A stretch of 64,000 bases of DNA from Halarcobacter sp. Its GTDB lineage: Bacteria > Campylobacterota > Campylobacteria > Campylobacterales > Arcobacteraceae. Location: contig OY781089.1 of the NCBI GenBank assembly GCA_963676565.1, forward strand, positions 256,001-320,000. The letters run 5' to 3'. The notes under the pieces were generated by a model. The model was not told the origin of the DNA and made no database searches. It saw only the letters and a list, made by a program, of their open reading frames with translations. Position numbers and translations under genes: made by a program. Below, piece after piece: positions 55,423-64,000 of the stretch (position 1 is its first letter; every line of letters starts with the position of its first letter).

Positions 55423-56344
55423 ACAAAATCTCTTTTAATCTTTCAATACTCTGTTTAGAATCAACATATATGTTCACAAAACTCTCATCTATAAAATCAT
55501 ATTTTAAACAGTTTGGAACAATAATATTTTTTTCTTGAAGTTTTAATCTAAACTCCTTTGAGTTTATTTTTTTAAGCTTAATTAAAAGAGAATTGCTACT
55601 ACTGTGAAACAAAAAATCCACATACTTACAAGAATGAAATATCTTTTCTAATTCAATTCTATTTTTTATATTTACACTATTTGAGATAACTTTAAAATCC
55701 CAATCTTTTAAAGATTCCTCTAAATATTTCATATCATATGCAGACAGTTTGTTTTCTGGCTCATATTTTCTAATAACTTCAATATTTTTTCTTGTTGAAA
55801 AAAGTGTGGAGATATTAAGATTTTCATTTGAATAGTAGATTGAAAGATTTTTTATAATATATAATTTTTTATACTCTTCAAGATATTTTATAGCTGCATC
55901 TTCCCCACAAAAATCAAGCATTGTTTCATCTATTAAAACCGTTGCATTTTTTTCTTTCCAATATTTAAAAAGGTTTTCCAAATCATAATAGGTTCCATCT
56001 AAATATGAAGGGTTTGCAAAAACCACTAAACTATCTTGCTTTATAGGCAAGAATAGATTTTCAAACCTATTAATAAGTCTAACTTCATAGGATAAGTTCA
56101 TTGCTGCTTTTTTAAATGCTAAAGAACAGGGACTATAAATAAAACAATATTTCAAATCCAAAAATTTTAATAAAGAATAAATTGCTGAACTAAAGCCATT
56201 ATAAAGTTCAATTTGAGTTTTACTAATATGATATCTTTTTTCCAATTGATTTAATAAGTTATCATAATCTGTTTTTAAAATTTCATTATAATCAACATTG
56301 ATATTTGGTTTTAAAAAATTTAAATCACAAGAGAAATCAATCAT
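55412..56344 (-). CDS. Class I/II aminotransferase-fold (CobD/HisC-like) protein, degenerate
   Basis: NG...AI, FANPS..DG, LIDET..DF; no Lys at the expected PLP site. Confidence 0.7.
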   Translation of the reverse strand: MIDFSCDLNFLKPNINVDYNEILKTDYDNLLNQLEKRYHISKTQIELYNGFSSAIYSLLKFLDLKYCFIYSPCSLAFKKAAMNLSYEVRLINRFENLFLPIKQDSLVVFANPSYLDGTYYDLENLFKYWKEKNATVLIDETMLDFCGEDAAIKYLEEYKKLYIIKNLSIYYSNENLNISTLFSTRKNIEVIRKYEPENKLSAYDMKYLEESLKDWDFKVISNSVNIKNRIELEKIFHSCKYVDFLFHSSSNSLLIKLKKINSKEFRLKLQEKNIIVPNCLKYDFIDESFVNIYVDSKQSIERLKEILYAI

Positions 56345-56345
56345 T

Positions 56346-56954
56346 TTATGCCAAATTTAAAAAGTTCTTTATTCCAGTAAATATTATTTGAGCAGATAAC
56401 GCTGCCAAAAAAAGACCTGTTATTTTTGATATTATCAAAAGTCCTTGCTTTCCAATAACTTTTTTAATAATATGAGAAAAATATAACATAATCCCCACTA
56501 ATAAAACAGCACATACTAAAGCTAAACTTCCTAAAAATAAAGATGATTTTGATTCAAAACCTGCACCCATAACTAAAAGAACCCCAATAGTTCCAGGTCC
56601 GATTGTAATTGGTATTGCTAAAGGAACAACTGCTAAATCATGTAAATTTGCACCATCAACTTTTTGCCCATCTTTACTTCCTCTAATTAAATCAACAGCA
56701 GATAAGAACAATAAAGCCCCTGCTCCAATCCTAAAGGCATCTAAAGTTATTCCAAAAACACTAAAAATATGTGTTCCAAAAAAAAGTAATACAAGACTTA
56801 GAACGATAACTGAAGTAGTAACTTTTATTGCTAATGTTTTTTTCTCTTTTACATTAGCTTCATTTGTTACTGTTAAGAATACAGATAATACAAAAAATGG
56901 TGTCATGATAAAGAACATTTTTAAAAATGTTGCAAAAAAAAGATCCATAAACAC
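56346..56954 (-). CDS. marC: MarC-family membrane protein
   Basis: FRIGAGALL, VPLAIP..IGPG, six hydrophobic segments; start is 56948 or 56954. Confidence 0.92.
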   Translation of the reverse strand: MFMDLFFATFLKMFFIMTPFFVLSVFLTVTNEANVKEKKTLAIKVTTSVIVLSLVLLFFGTHIFSVFGITLDAFRIGAGALLFLSAVDLIRGSKDGQKVDGANLHDLAVVPLAIPITIGPGTIGVLLVMGAGFESKSSLFLGSLALVCAVLLVGIMLYFSHIIKKVIGKQGLLIISKITGLFLAALSAQIIFTGIKNFLNLA

Positions 56955-57002
56955 TTCCTAAAAATTATATTTTAGGAAGTATATCTAAATTATGATAAGT
57001 AA

Positions 57003-58766
57003 TTAAAAGTGAGTATTGAGTATTTTTAAAAACTCTTCAGGGTTTTTGTATCCTGCTATTTGAGCTGCTTTTATCTCATTTCCATCTTTATCCCAGAAAA
57101 TTAAACCTGGAGGTCCAACAACTCCAAATCTTTTTTGCATAGCCTTATCATCTGCATTATTTTCTGTCACGTCAGCTTTTAAAAGTGTAAACTCTTTTAA
57201 TTTGGCAATTACTCTTTCATCTTTAAAAGTGATCCCCTCAAACTCTTTACAAGAGATACACCAATCAGCATAAAAATCTAACATCACTGGTTTGGTTGAA
57301 GCTTTTACAGCCAAGTTAATTTGCTCATTTGATTTCACTTTACTCCAAGATAATTCCTCAACATTTTGTGAAATAGCAACACCATTTGTGAATTTATCCA
57401 ATGGTTTTAATGGGTTTGTTGTTCCAGTTACTGCACCAACAAATACTAAAACTCCATAAATCATAATTACAGTTGTAATCAATCTTGCAATAATATGCTC
57501 AAATACTTTTAGATAAAGTGCAGTTCCTATTAATAATAATGCCCACATAAACATAATTAATTGAGGGTTTAATACTCTTTCAAGCATCCAAACTGCTACA
57601 CCTAACATTACAATACCAAAAATCTTTGTAACATTTTCCATCCAACCACCAGGTTTTGGCATATATTTACCAGCACCAAGTCCAATTAAAAGTAAAGGAA
57701 TTCCCATACCAATACTCATTACAAATAAAGCAGCTCCACCCAATAAGGCATCACCTGTTTGACCAATATAAACTAAAGCTCCTGCTAATGGTGGTGCAAC
57801 ACATGGACCAACAATAAGTGCAGACAAGAATCCCATAATTGCAATTCCTAAAACACCTTGTTTCTCTTTTCCATCTGTTGTTTTATTAATTTTATTTTGA
57901 ACACTTTGTGGAAGTTCAAGTTTGAAATATCCAAACATTGAAAAGGCTAAAGCTACAAAAATAGCAGAAAAGGCTACTAAAACATATGGATTTTGTAAAG
58001 CTACTTGTAAATTAGCTCCAAAAATTCCTGCTAAAACCCCTGCTAAAGTGTATGCAGTTGCCATAGATAAAACATAAACTAAAGATAAGAAAAAACCTTT
58101 AGATGCTGTTAAATTACCACTATCCCCTGCTTTAACAATAATAGAAGATAAAATTGGAATCATTGGGAAAACACACGGTGTTAAAGATAATAATAAACCA
58201 AAGCCAAAAAAAGTTGCTAAAATGATTAAAATATTTCCATCTTTTAATGTACTTGCTATTGCATCTGTTTCATTTAATGTTTCTGCTTGAACTTGCTTAT
58301 TTTCAGTTTGAGTTTGAGATTGCTCTTTTGTTTCAGAACTACTTGATCCTTTTGAAAAATCAATATTTTCACTAGCACTCATTGGAGCATAACAAAGCCC
58401 TGCTTTTGAACATCCTTGAAATTTTACTGTTACTTCAACACTTGAAGCGTTATTTGTTTTTTCTTTTAAAAGTGAATATGGAATTTTTATATCTAAATCA
58501 TGATTATGAATCTGCCAAATCTCATACTCTTTAGGCTCTGGTACATCTAAGTCATTTCTTATATCCACTTCTTGTGGTTTAGTAATTAAAAACTTTAATT
58601 TATCATCGTATAAATAAATATCTTTACCTAATTTAATTGTGAAAATTACATTGTCATCTTTTTTTTCAAAACTTGTTTTAAATGCTTCTTCTGGCTCTAA
58701 AAAACCTTGATTTGAAGCAAAGGCATAAATTGAAAAGAAGATAAGTATTAGTAGTTTTTTTATCAT
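57003..58766 (-). CDS. dsbD: Thiol:disulfide interchange protein DsbD
   Basis: QGC...LCY, TPCVFP, GPCVAP, WCISC. Confidence 0.97.
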   Translation of the reverse strand: MIKKLLILIFFSIYAFASNQGFLEPEEAFKTSFEKKDDNVIFTIKLGKDIYLYDDKLKFLITKPQEVDIRNDLDVPEPKEYEIWQIHNHDLDIKIPYSLLKEKTNNASSVEVTVKFQGCSKAGLCYAPMSASENIDFSKGSSSSETKEQSQTQTENKQVQAETLNETDAIASTLKDGNILIILATFFGFGLLLSLTPCVFPMIPILSSIIVKAGDSGNLTASKGFFLSLVYVLSMATAYTLAGVLAGIFGANLQVALQNPYVLVAFSAIFVALAFSMFGYFKLELPQSVQNKINKTTDGKEKQGVLGIAIMGFLSALIVGPCVAPPLAGALVYIGQTGDALLGGAALFVMSIGMGIPLLLIGLGAGKYMPKPGGWMENVTKIFGIVMLGVAVWMLERVLNPQLIMFMWALLLIGTALYLKVFEHIIARLITTVIMIYGVLVFVGAVTGTTNPLKPLDKFTNGVAISQNVEELSWSKVKSNEQINLAVKASTKPVMLDFYADWCISCKEFEGITFKDERVIAKLKEFTLLKADVTENNADDKAMQKRFGVVGPPGLIFWDKDGNEIKAAQIAGYKNPEEFLKILNTHF

Positions 58767-58776
58767 TTTTTAAACC

Positions 58777-59139
58777 TTAATTGAAATGCATTTTTGAACT
58801 ATTTGTTAATTGTGATACATCTTTAATTCCAATCTCTTTTGCTATTGGTTTTCCATCTTTGAAAAAAATTATTGTTGGAAGAGAAGTAACACCATACTTT
58901 TTTGCTAAGTTCATATAGTTATCGATATCAACTTTATAGATTCTAATATCCATTGGTTTTACTTTATCAAAATCTTCTAAGCTTTGGGCTAAGATTTTAC
59001 ATGGAGGGCACCAAGTTGCATAAAAATCTACAATTACGTTACCTTTTTCTATTTTTTTATCAAAATTAGTTGTATCTAAATGTTCAAATCCAAATAATGT
59101 TGAAATAGATAAAAGAAAAGCAAAAAACACTTTTTTCAT
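58777..59139 (-). CDS. Exported thioredoxin-family protein
   Basis: Signal peptide, DFYATWCPPC, LPT. Confidence 0.9.
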   Translation of the reverse strand: MKKVFFAFLLSISTLFGFEHLDTTNFDKKIEKGNVIVDFYATWCPPCKILAQSLEDFDKVKPMDIRIYKVDIDNYMNLAKKYGVTSLPTIIFFKDGKPIAKEIGIKDVSQLTNSSKMHFN

Positions 59140-59295
59140 TATATTCCTTTTTTAATTTTAACTATTATAGTGAAGTTTTGTGAAGAAATTGTTTATAAAT
59201 TTCATTTTATAAGTAAATATCAAAAAAGAATTATAATTTATAATTATAAAATTCCTAAGATTAAAATGGTAAAATCACCAAATAAAGGGAGCTAA

Positions 59296-59652
59296 ATGAG
59301 TTATTTAATAGATTTATCACCAAATGAAGTAGAAAAACTTATTGAAAAAGATATTGTTATGATTGATGTAAGACGAGATGAAGAGTGGGCTTATACTGGA
59401 ATTGTAAAAAATTCACATCTTATGACTTTTTTTGATATGTTTGGAAATGTAGATGTACCAACATGGTTAAAAGAGTTTGAAAAACTTGTAACATCAAAAG
59501 ATCAACAATTTGTATTAATTTGTGCCCATGCAAATAGAACAAGAACAATTGGCAACTATTTAATCCAAAACCATGGATATACTAATGTTTGTCATCTATC
59601 AGGAGGAATGGCCTTATGGCTTAAAGAGGGTAAAGAGGTTGAATATATTTAA
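59296..59652 (+). CDS. Rhodanese-like domain protein
   Basis: IDVR..EW, LICAHANRT, LSGG..W. Confidence 0.9.
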   Translation: MSYLIDLSPNEVEKLIEKDIVMIDVRRDEEWAYTGIVKNSHLMTFFDMFGNVDVPTWLKEFEKLVTSKDQQFVLICAHANRTRTIGNYLIQNHGYTNVCHLSGGMALWLKEGKEVEYI

Positions 59653-59664
59653 AGCTAAAGAGAA

Positions 59665-59898
59665 TTACTCCTCTTCTGCTTTTTTTGCTGCACTTGCTTC
59701 TTGTAATACTGCAATTACATCATCTAAATTTTCGTATGGAATATGAGATTTCCATTCAATATCTTTTCCATTTAATGAAATACCAATACTTACAATATCA
59801 GGAGTTCCTTTTCCATATGGTTCAGATACGTTTGAAATAGAAATTACACCTTTTTTAGTTCCAGCTAATGGTAATTTTTTTAATTCAGTTGTTGCCAT
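59665..59898 (-). CDS. Hypothetical protein, 77 aa
   Basis: AAGGA upstream and coding-like composition; no motif recognised. Confidence 0.75.
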   Translation of the reverse strand: MATTELKKLPLAGTKKGVISISNVSEPYGKGTPDIVSIGISLNGKDIEWKSHIPYENLDDVIAVLQEASAAKKAEEE

Positions 59899-59981
59899 TT
59901 TTTTTCCTTGTAATTCAATTTGATTAATTCTACAATAACAAACTTTTTTTATGTTAAAAAGTTACTATTAAAATTATAAGC

Positions 59982-60791
59982 TTATTTTTTTGAAGCTATT
60001 TTTTCACCAAACTTAACACTTTGGTTAAGAAGATTATTAATCTCTACACTATTTTCTTCCCAAACCATAACTACCGTTGAACCCATTTTAAAGTAACCTA
60101 AACAATCACCTTTTTTAACACTTTTTTCTTCATACTCATAAATTTGAATATCTCTAATATCTGTATTAGTTTCAACCTTTGGTTCAAAAGTAAATACCAT
60201 TTGTCCAACATTTAATGCACCAACAAAAACCATATAAAAAAGTTTACCGTCATTAATACACTCTAAAACAACCCTTTCATTTTCAACAAATAAATCAATT
60301 TGTTTGTTTAAATATTTTAAATTTACAGGATAAAGTTTCCCTGGGATATGAATCAATCTTTTTATTTCAAAATCGATTGGAGCATGGTATCTATGATAAT
60401 CTTTTGGTGAAAGATAAAAATTCATATATGAACCATTATTTAATTTTTTAAAATTCTCAGCACAATGGTAAGTTAACATATCTTCAACAGAATACTCCAT
60501 ACCTTTTATTTGAAGTAATAAATCTTTTTCTAAAGTTCCACATTGAGTAACTAAACTATCCGTTGGTGAGATAAAAACATTTTCATCTTTATCTATTTGT
60601 CTAGCAATTGCAAGTTCTCTTGTAAATAAATCATTTAGTGATTTATAAAATTTAGGGTTTCTAAATTCACTCATATTTAAACCTAAAAATTTAACATAAC
60701 CATTATTTATAATCTTTTGAATAAAAGATGGAAAGTTGGTCTTTGCAAATTTTCCAAAATATTGTGAAATTATATTTGTAATATGCATCAT
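59982..60791 (-). CDS. psd: Phosphatidylserine decarboxylase
   Basis: YLSPKDYHRYH, ENER, VGALNVG, FKMGST. Confidence 0.96.
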   Translation of the reverse strand: MMHITNIISQYFGKFAKTNFPSFIQKIINNGYVKFLGLNMSEFRNPKFYKSLNDLFTRELAIARQIDKDENVFISPTDSLVTQCGTLEKDLLLQIKGMEYSVEDMLTYHCAENFKKLNNGSYMNFYLSPKDYHRYHAPIDFEIKRLIHIPGKLYPVNLKYLNKQIDLFVENERVVLECINDGKLFYMVFVGALNVGQMVFTFEPKVETNTDIRDIQIYEYEEKSVKKGDCLGYFKMGSTVVMVWEENSVEINNLLNQSVKFGEKIASKK

Positions 60792-60934
60792 TGTCCTTAC
60801 ATAGTTTCTAATTGTTTTGTATTTTATCTAAATATTTCTTCAATTTTAAATTCTAGTTAATAACAATTTTTTAAAAGATTTATTTAAATATTTTTTAGTA
60901 AGATTTCAAAAAATTAAATATGATAAGGATAAAA

Positions 60935-61174
60935 ATGCACAAAATTATTGTTGAAAAAGAATGTGGATGTTTTAGAAGAAGTGATTTAGAAAATAATATA
61001 GAATTTACTTCAAAAGATGATGCTTTAAGTAAAGCAATTGATATGAAAAATCAAATGAATGAAGAATTCTGTGGAAAACATGAATTCGATTTAGTTGAAT
61101 TCCAAAACAATTTTGTAATTAACTTCGCACAACAAAAAGTTTCTGGATGTTGTGGTGGTGGTCACTGTAGCTAA
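60935..61174 (+). CDS. Small Cys-rich protein, paralog 1
   Basis: ATG 60935 with AAGGA; KECGCF...FCGKH...CCGGGHCS. Confidence 0.85.
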   Translation: MHKIIVEKECGCFRRSDLENNIEFTSKDDALSKAIDMKNQMNEEFCGKHEFDLVEFQNNFVINFAQQKVSGCCGGGHCS

Positions 61175-61419
61175 TGAATCAAGTCATTGTAGAAAAAGAG
61201 TGTAGTTGCTTTAAAAAAAGTGATTTACAAAACAATATACAATTCGATTCAAAAGATAAAGCTTTGATTAAAGCTTTAAGAATGAAAGATACAATGAATC
61301 AAGAGTTTTGTAGAAAACACGATTTTTTAGTGCAGGAAAAAGATGGAGATTTTATAATCTCCTTTGCACCTAACAATGGAAATGAATTTGTATGCTGTGG
61401 CAAAGGCTGCTGTGACTAA
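61174..61419 (+). CDS. Small Cys-rich protein, paralog 2
   Basis: TAATG coupling to paralog 1; KECSCF...FCRKH...CCGKGCCD. Confidence 0.85.
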   Translation: MNQVIVEKECSCFKKSDLQNNIQFDSKDKALIKALRMKDTMNQEFCRKHDFLVQEKDGDFIISFAPNNGNEFVCCGKGCCD

Positions 61420-61424
61420 AGTGT

Positions 61425-62162
61425 TTAGGGGTTATCTCCTAAACACCTTTTTTTATCTAAAAAAATCTCTATAGCTTTTTTAATCTCTTCAAAATTTTCA
61501 TCATCACCTTGAAGTCTTTGAAAATATAAATCATAATTTACATCTGGATCAATTTTACTTATTTCTAAAATAATATCTAAATAAGTACTAAATGGAACAT
61601 CATCTCCACTTTTACTAAATCTAACTGCCCTTTGGAGAGATACAAATGGATTTTGATTTATTCTAGAAATAGTATTTTTTCTAGTTTTTAAATAGTTTAT
61701 AAAAACTTCTCTAATATCTGATTGAACAATCTCAACTTTTTTTGTTTTTGTATTAAATCTACAATTAAACCCAATTTTAGTGGATGAAAAATCAAAAATG
61801 TCAACTACAAAATTTAAATCTTTTCCTAAAAATCTTTCCCTATAAACACATTGAAATATATCATTTTCAAACTTGAAAGTGTGAGAGTTGTTTTTATATA
61901 AAAAATGTTTTTCATCAATATAGCTTAAGATATTTTCTAATTCATCTTTTGTTTTGAAAAACAAATCTAAATCTCTAAAGGTATCTCTTTTTAGACAAGA
62001 CCCAGCTAAATAAAACTCAATATAATCTTTTTCAAGAGGTTTTGATAAAGCATTTTTAAAAAAATTTTCCATTCTATCAACTACATTTTTTAGTCTTTTA
62101 TCTAAAGTTATTGCAGTATCTTTTGTTATAAAATCATAATCTAACCAAAGTTTATAATTCAA
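61425..62162 (-). CDS. Stand-alone Pol-beta-superfamily nucleotidyltransferase-like protein
   Basis: YLAGS...RDLDLFF and a later FDF motif; TTG start with AAGGA. Confidence 0.7.
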   Translation of the reverse strand: MNYKLWLDYDFITKDTAITLDKRLKNVVDRMENFFKNALSKPLEKDYIEFYLAGSCLKRDTFRDLDLFFKTKDELENILSYIDEKHFLYKNNSHTFKFENDIFQCVYRERFLGKDLNFVVDIFDFSSTKIGFNCRFNTKTKKVEIVQSDIREVFINYLKTRKNTISRINQNPFVSLQRAVRFSKSGDDVPFSTYLDIILEISKIDPDVNYDLYFQRLQGDDENFEEIKKAIEIFLDKKRCLGDNP

Positions 62163-62205
62163 ATATTTTCCTTTTAATAAACTATATTATTTTAATATAT
62201 CTTAG

Positions 62206-63312
62206 CTAATTATTTGGAACTAAAATTGTAAGTTTTCCTTGTTCTTTCATTCCACCTGCTTCTAACTCTGCATTTTGTCCATGTCCAAAAAAGAAATCTG
62301 CTCTTATTTCACCTTTAATTGCTCCTCCAACATCAGCTGCTACCATAAGTCTATCAATATTTTCTTGTGTAATAGAAGATTTAGTATTTATAAATACAGG
62401 CATTCCTAAAGGGATATATCTTCTATCAACTGCTAAATTTCTACCTGCAACTAATTGTGTTCCTAAAGCTCCCGTTGCCCCTTGATCTCTTTGTGTAAAG
62501 AATACATAACTTGGATTATAGTTAAAAACCTCATCAATTTTATCAGGGTTTTCTTTCAACCATTTTTTCATTCCTTGCATTGAAGCTGGATAATCGGTCT
62601 TTGAACCTATATAATCTTTTTTAATCATATATTTACCAATAGATCTATATTTATGTCCATTTTGATTTGCATATCCAATATTTATAGTTTCACCATTATC
62701 AAGTTTAACCTTCCCTGAGCCTTGAATTTGTAAGAAGAATAAATCAATCTCATTATCAACATAACAAATAGCTTCTAAATCATCTCTATTTTTTAGCGCA
62801 TCTCTATTATCATAAGAGATTACTTTACCATCTACTAATTTACCTCTTAGTCTATATTTTTTTAATTCTGGATATGCATCACTTAAATCAATTATCAACA
62901 TATCATCAGGAGTTTTATAAATTGGATACTTATATTTTTCATTTTTTTCTAGGCTTCCATTTAACATAGGCTCGTAATACCCAGTAATTACACCTGTATT
63001 TGTTCCATTTTTATTATATAGTTCATAAGCAGTAAAGTTTTCTGTAAAAAATTTAAATGGATCATCATAATTTTCTGAAATTTCACAAACATTTTTAAAA
63101 AGATCATATCTTTTTGCTCTTTGACAATCTTTTTGAAATACTTCAAAAGCTAAATCTAAATTGTCTTTATCAAAGCCTTTAATCTGTTCAATATCAACTT
63201 TCTTGACTTTTGCTTTTGAGATAGAAAGTGTTTGTAGTTTTGATGGTTCTTTTAAAGAACACCCTGTAAATAAAAGTGTAAAAAAAATAATTACAATTGT
63301 TAGTAGTTTCAT
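62206..63312 (-). CDS. mltA: Membrane-bound lytic murein transglycosylase A
   Basis: Lipobox FTGC, TGYYEP, QIQGSG, NPSYVFF, AVD, DVGGAIKG, RADFF. Confidence 0.96.
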   Translation of the reverse strand: MKLLTIVIIFFTLLFTGCSLKEPSKLQTLSISKAKVKKVDIEQIKGFDKDNLDLAFEVFQKDCQRAKRYDLFKNVCEISENYDDPFKFFTENFTAYELYNKNGTNTGVITGYYEPMLNGSLEKNEKYKYPIYKTPDDMLIIDLSDAYPELKKYRLRGKLVDGKVISYDNRDALKNRDDLEAICYVDNEIDLFFLQIQGSGKVKLDNGETINIGYANQNGHKYRSIGKYMIKKDYIGSKTDYPASMQGMKKWLKENPDKIDEVFNYNPSYVFFTQRDQGATGALGTQLVAGRNLAVDRRYIPLGMPVFINTKSSITQENIDRLMVAADVGGAIKGEIRADFFFGHGQNAELEAGGMKEQGKLTILVPNN

Positions 63313-63363
63313 TTCGAATTCCCCTTTGATTTTGGAATTCTATCATTTAAAAGTTAATACTTC

Positions 63364-63666
63364 TTAAATCCCGCAGTTTGAATTCCCAGATTGAGAATAA
63401 ACCTCTTTTAATCCACAAGCTTTACACCTGTATTCAATGTCATTTACGCCAGAACATCCCCCACCTTTTAACATTTTTGCAGTAATTACCTCTTGTTTAA
63501 AATAAGTTTTTGTATTTTCATCATAAAAAGATTTTGCTTTTTCACCGCAAGATGGGCATTCGCCACTATTTAATTTATCAACTCTTGAATGTTTACTTTT
63601 GTAGTATAATAAAACTGAGAATATAACTATTAAAAATGTTAATAGTAAAAAGATTATTGTTTGCAT
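63364..63666 (-). CDS. Membrane-anchored zinc-ribbon-like protein
   Basis: N-terminal TM; CPSCG and CKACG, plus two further Cys. Confidence 0.75.
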   Translation of the reverse strand: MQTIIFLLLTFLIVIFSVLLYYKSKHSRVDKLNSGECPSCGEKAKSFYDENTKTYFKQEVITAKMLKGGGCSGVNDIEYRCKACGLKEVYSQSGNSNCGI

Positions 63667-63709
63667 AGAGGAAGTTTACCTTCCCCTTGCTTTAATAGAT
63701 TTTAACAAC

Positions 63710-64000
63710 TTATTCAACTTCTGCGTCAATTACGTCATCATCATCTTTTTTTGCTTTAGCATTTGGTTGAGCACCTTGTGCACCACCAGCTTGTTGCTCT
63801 TTTGCATACATAGCTTCTGCTAATTTATGAGATTTTTCAGTTAATGCTTTAACTTTTTCTTCAATTTGCTCTTTAGTAGCATTTTCATCTTTTAAAATCT
63901 CTTCTAATTCTGCAGCTGCATCAATGATAGCTTTTTTCTCTTCTTCAGAAACAGCAGATTCATTCTCTTCTAAAGTCTTTTTAGTTGAGTGTAATAATGC
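63710..64000 (-). CDS. dnaK: Chaperone DnaK, 3' end (partial)
   Basis: Hand translation ends ...SHKLAEAMYAKEQQAGGAQG...KKDDDDVIDAEVE*. Confidence 0.92.
   Translation of the reverse strand, partial: ALLHSTKKTLEENESAVSEEEKKAIIDAAAELEEILKDENATKEQIEEKVKALTEKSHKLAEAMYAKEQQAGGAQGAQPNAKAKKDDDDVIDAEVE

Noticed and set aside
12349..63367. Other short ORFs opposite or inside long genes (e.g. 12349, 15372, 16573, 25517, 32512, 48473, 50215, 52642, 63161)
   Set aside because: They overlap well-supported genes and show no motifs of their own.
1..64000. CRISPR array, rRNA, IS elements
   Set aside because: I saw no short regularly spaced repeats with unique spacers, no rRNA-like segment and no transposase ORF. 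The long repeats are all intragenic and in frame.

Overview
AT-rich chromosomal window, most consistent with Campylobacterota (Arcobacteraceae-like). This is inferred from gene content, protein style and AAGGA ribosome-binding sites, not from a search. From left to right it holds five blocks. (1) The 5' 11.9 kb of a giant adhesin gene that the ORF track missed (>3950 aa, five vWA domains, near-identical internal repeats, LapA-like di-alanine motif), preceded by its type I secretion operon. That operon has unusual accessories: a TolC-SPOR fusion, an ankyrin/Ig/ZorB-like OmpA lipoprotein, a WG-repeat lipoprotein, a sensor-less histidine kinase and a divergent OmpR-type regulator. (2) A complete hoxEFUYH-hoxW bidirectional NAD(P)-linked [NiFe] hydrogenase operon. 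(3) Converging on it, a 15.6 kb glycogen/glycolysis cluster: gap, pfkA, NTP-transferase/phosphomutase fusion, GH57 amylopullulanase, GalT-like, glgA, glgP, pgm, DUF4912, GH57 branching enzyme and an FBPase-like gene. It has no canonical glgB/glgC/glgX, and several members have altered catalytic motifs. (4) Small accessory ORFs, a cold-shock gene and tRNA-Leu/Ser/Cys. (5) Housekeeping and envelope genes (ilvD, htrA plus a two-component pair, dtd, marC, dsbD, trx, psd, mltA, dnaK 3' end) with a few uncharacterised small genes. I saw no CRISPR array, rRNA, transposase or integrase. The best candidates for undescribed biology are the non-canonical glycogen pathway joined to Hox and the peptidoglycan-anchored T1SS accessory set.
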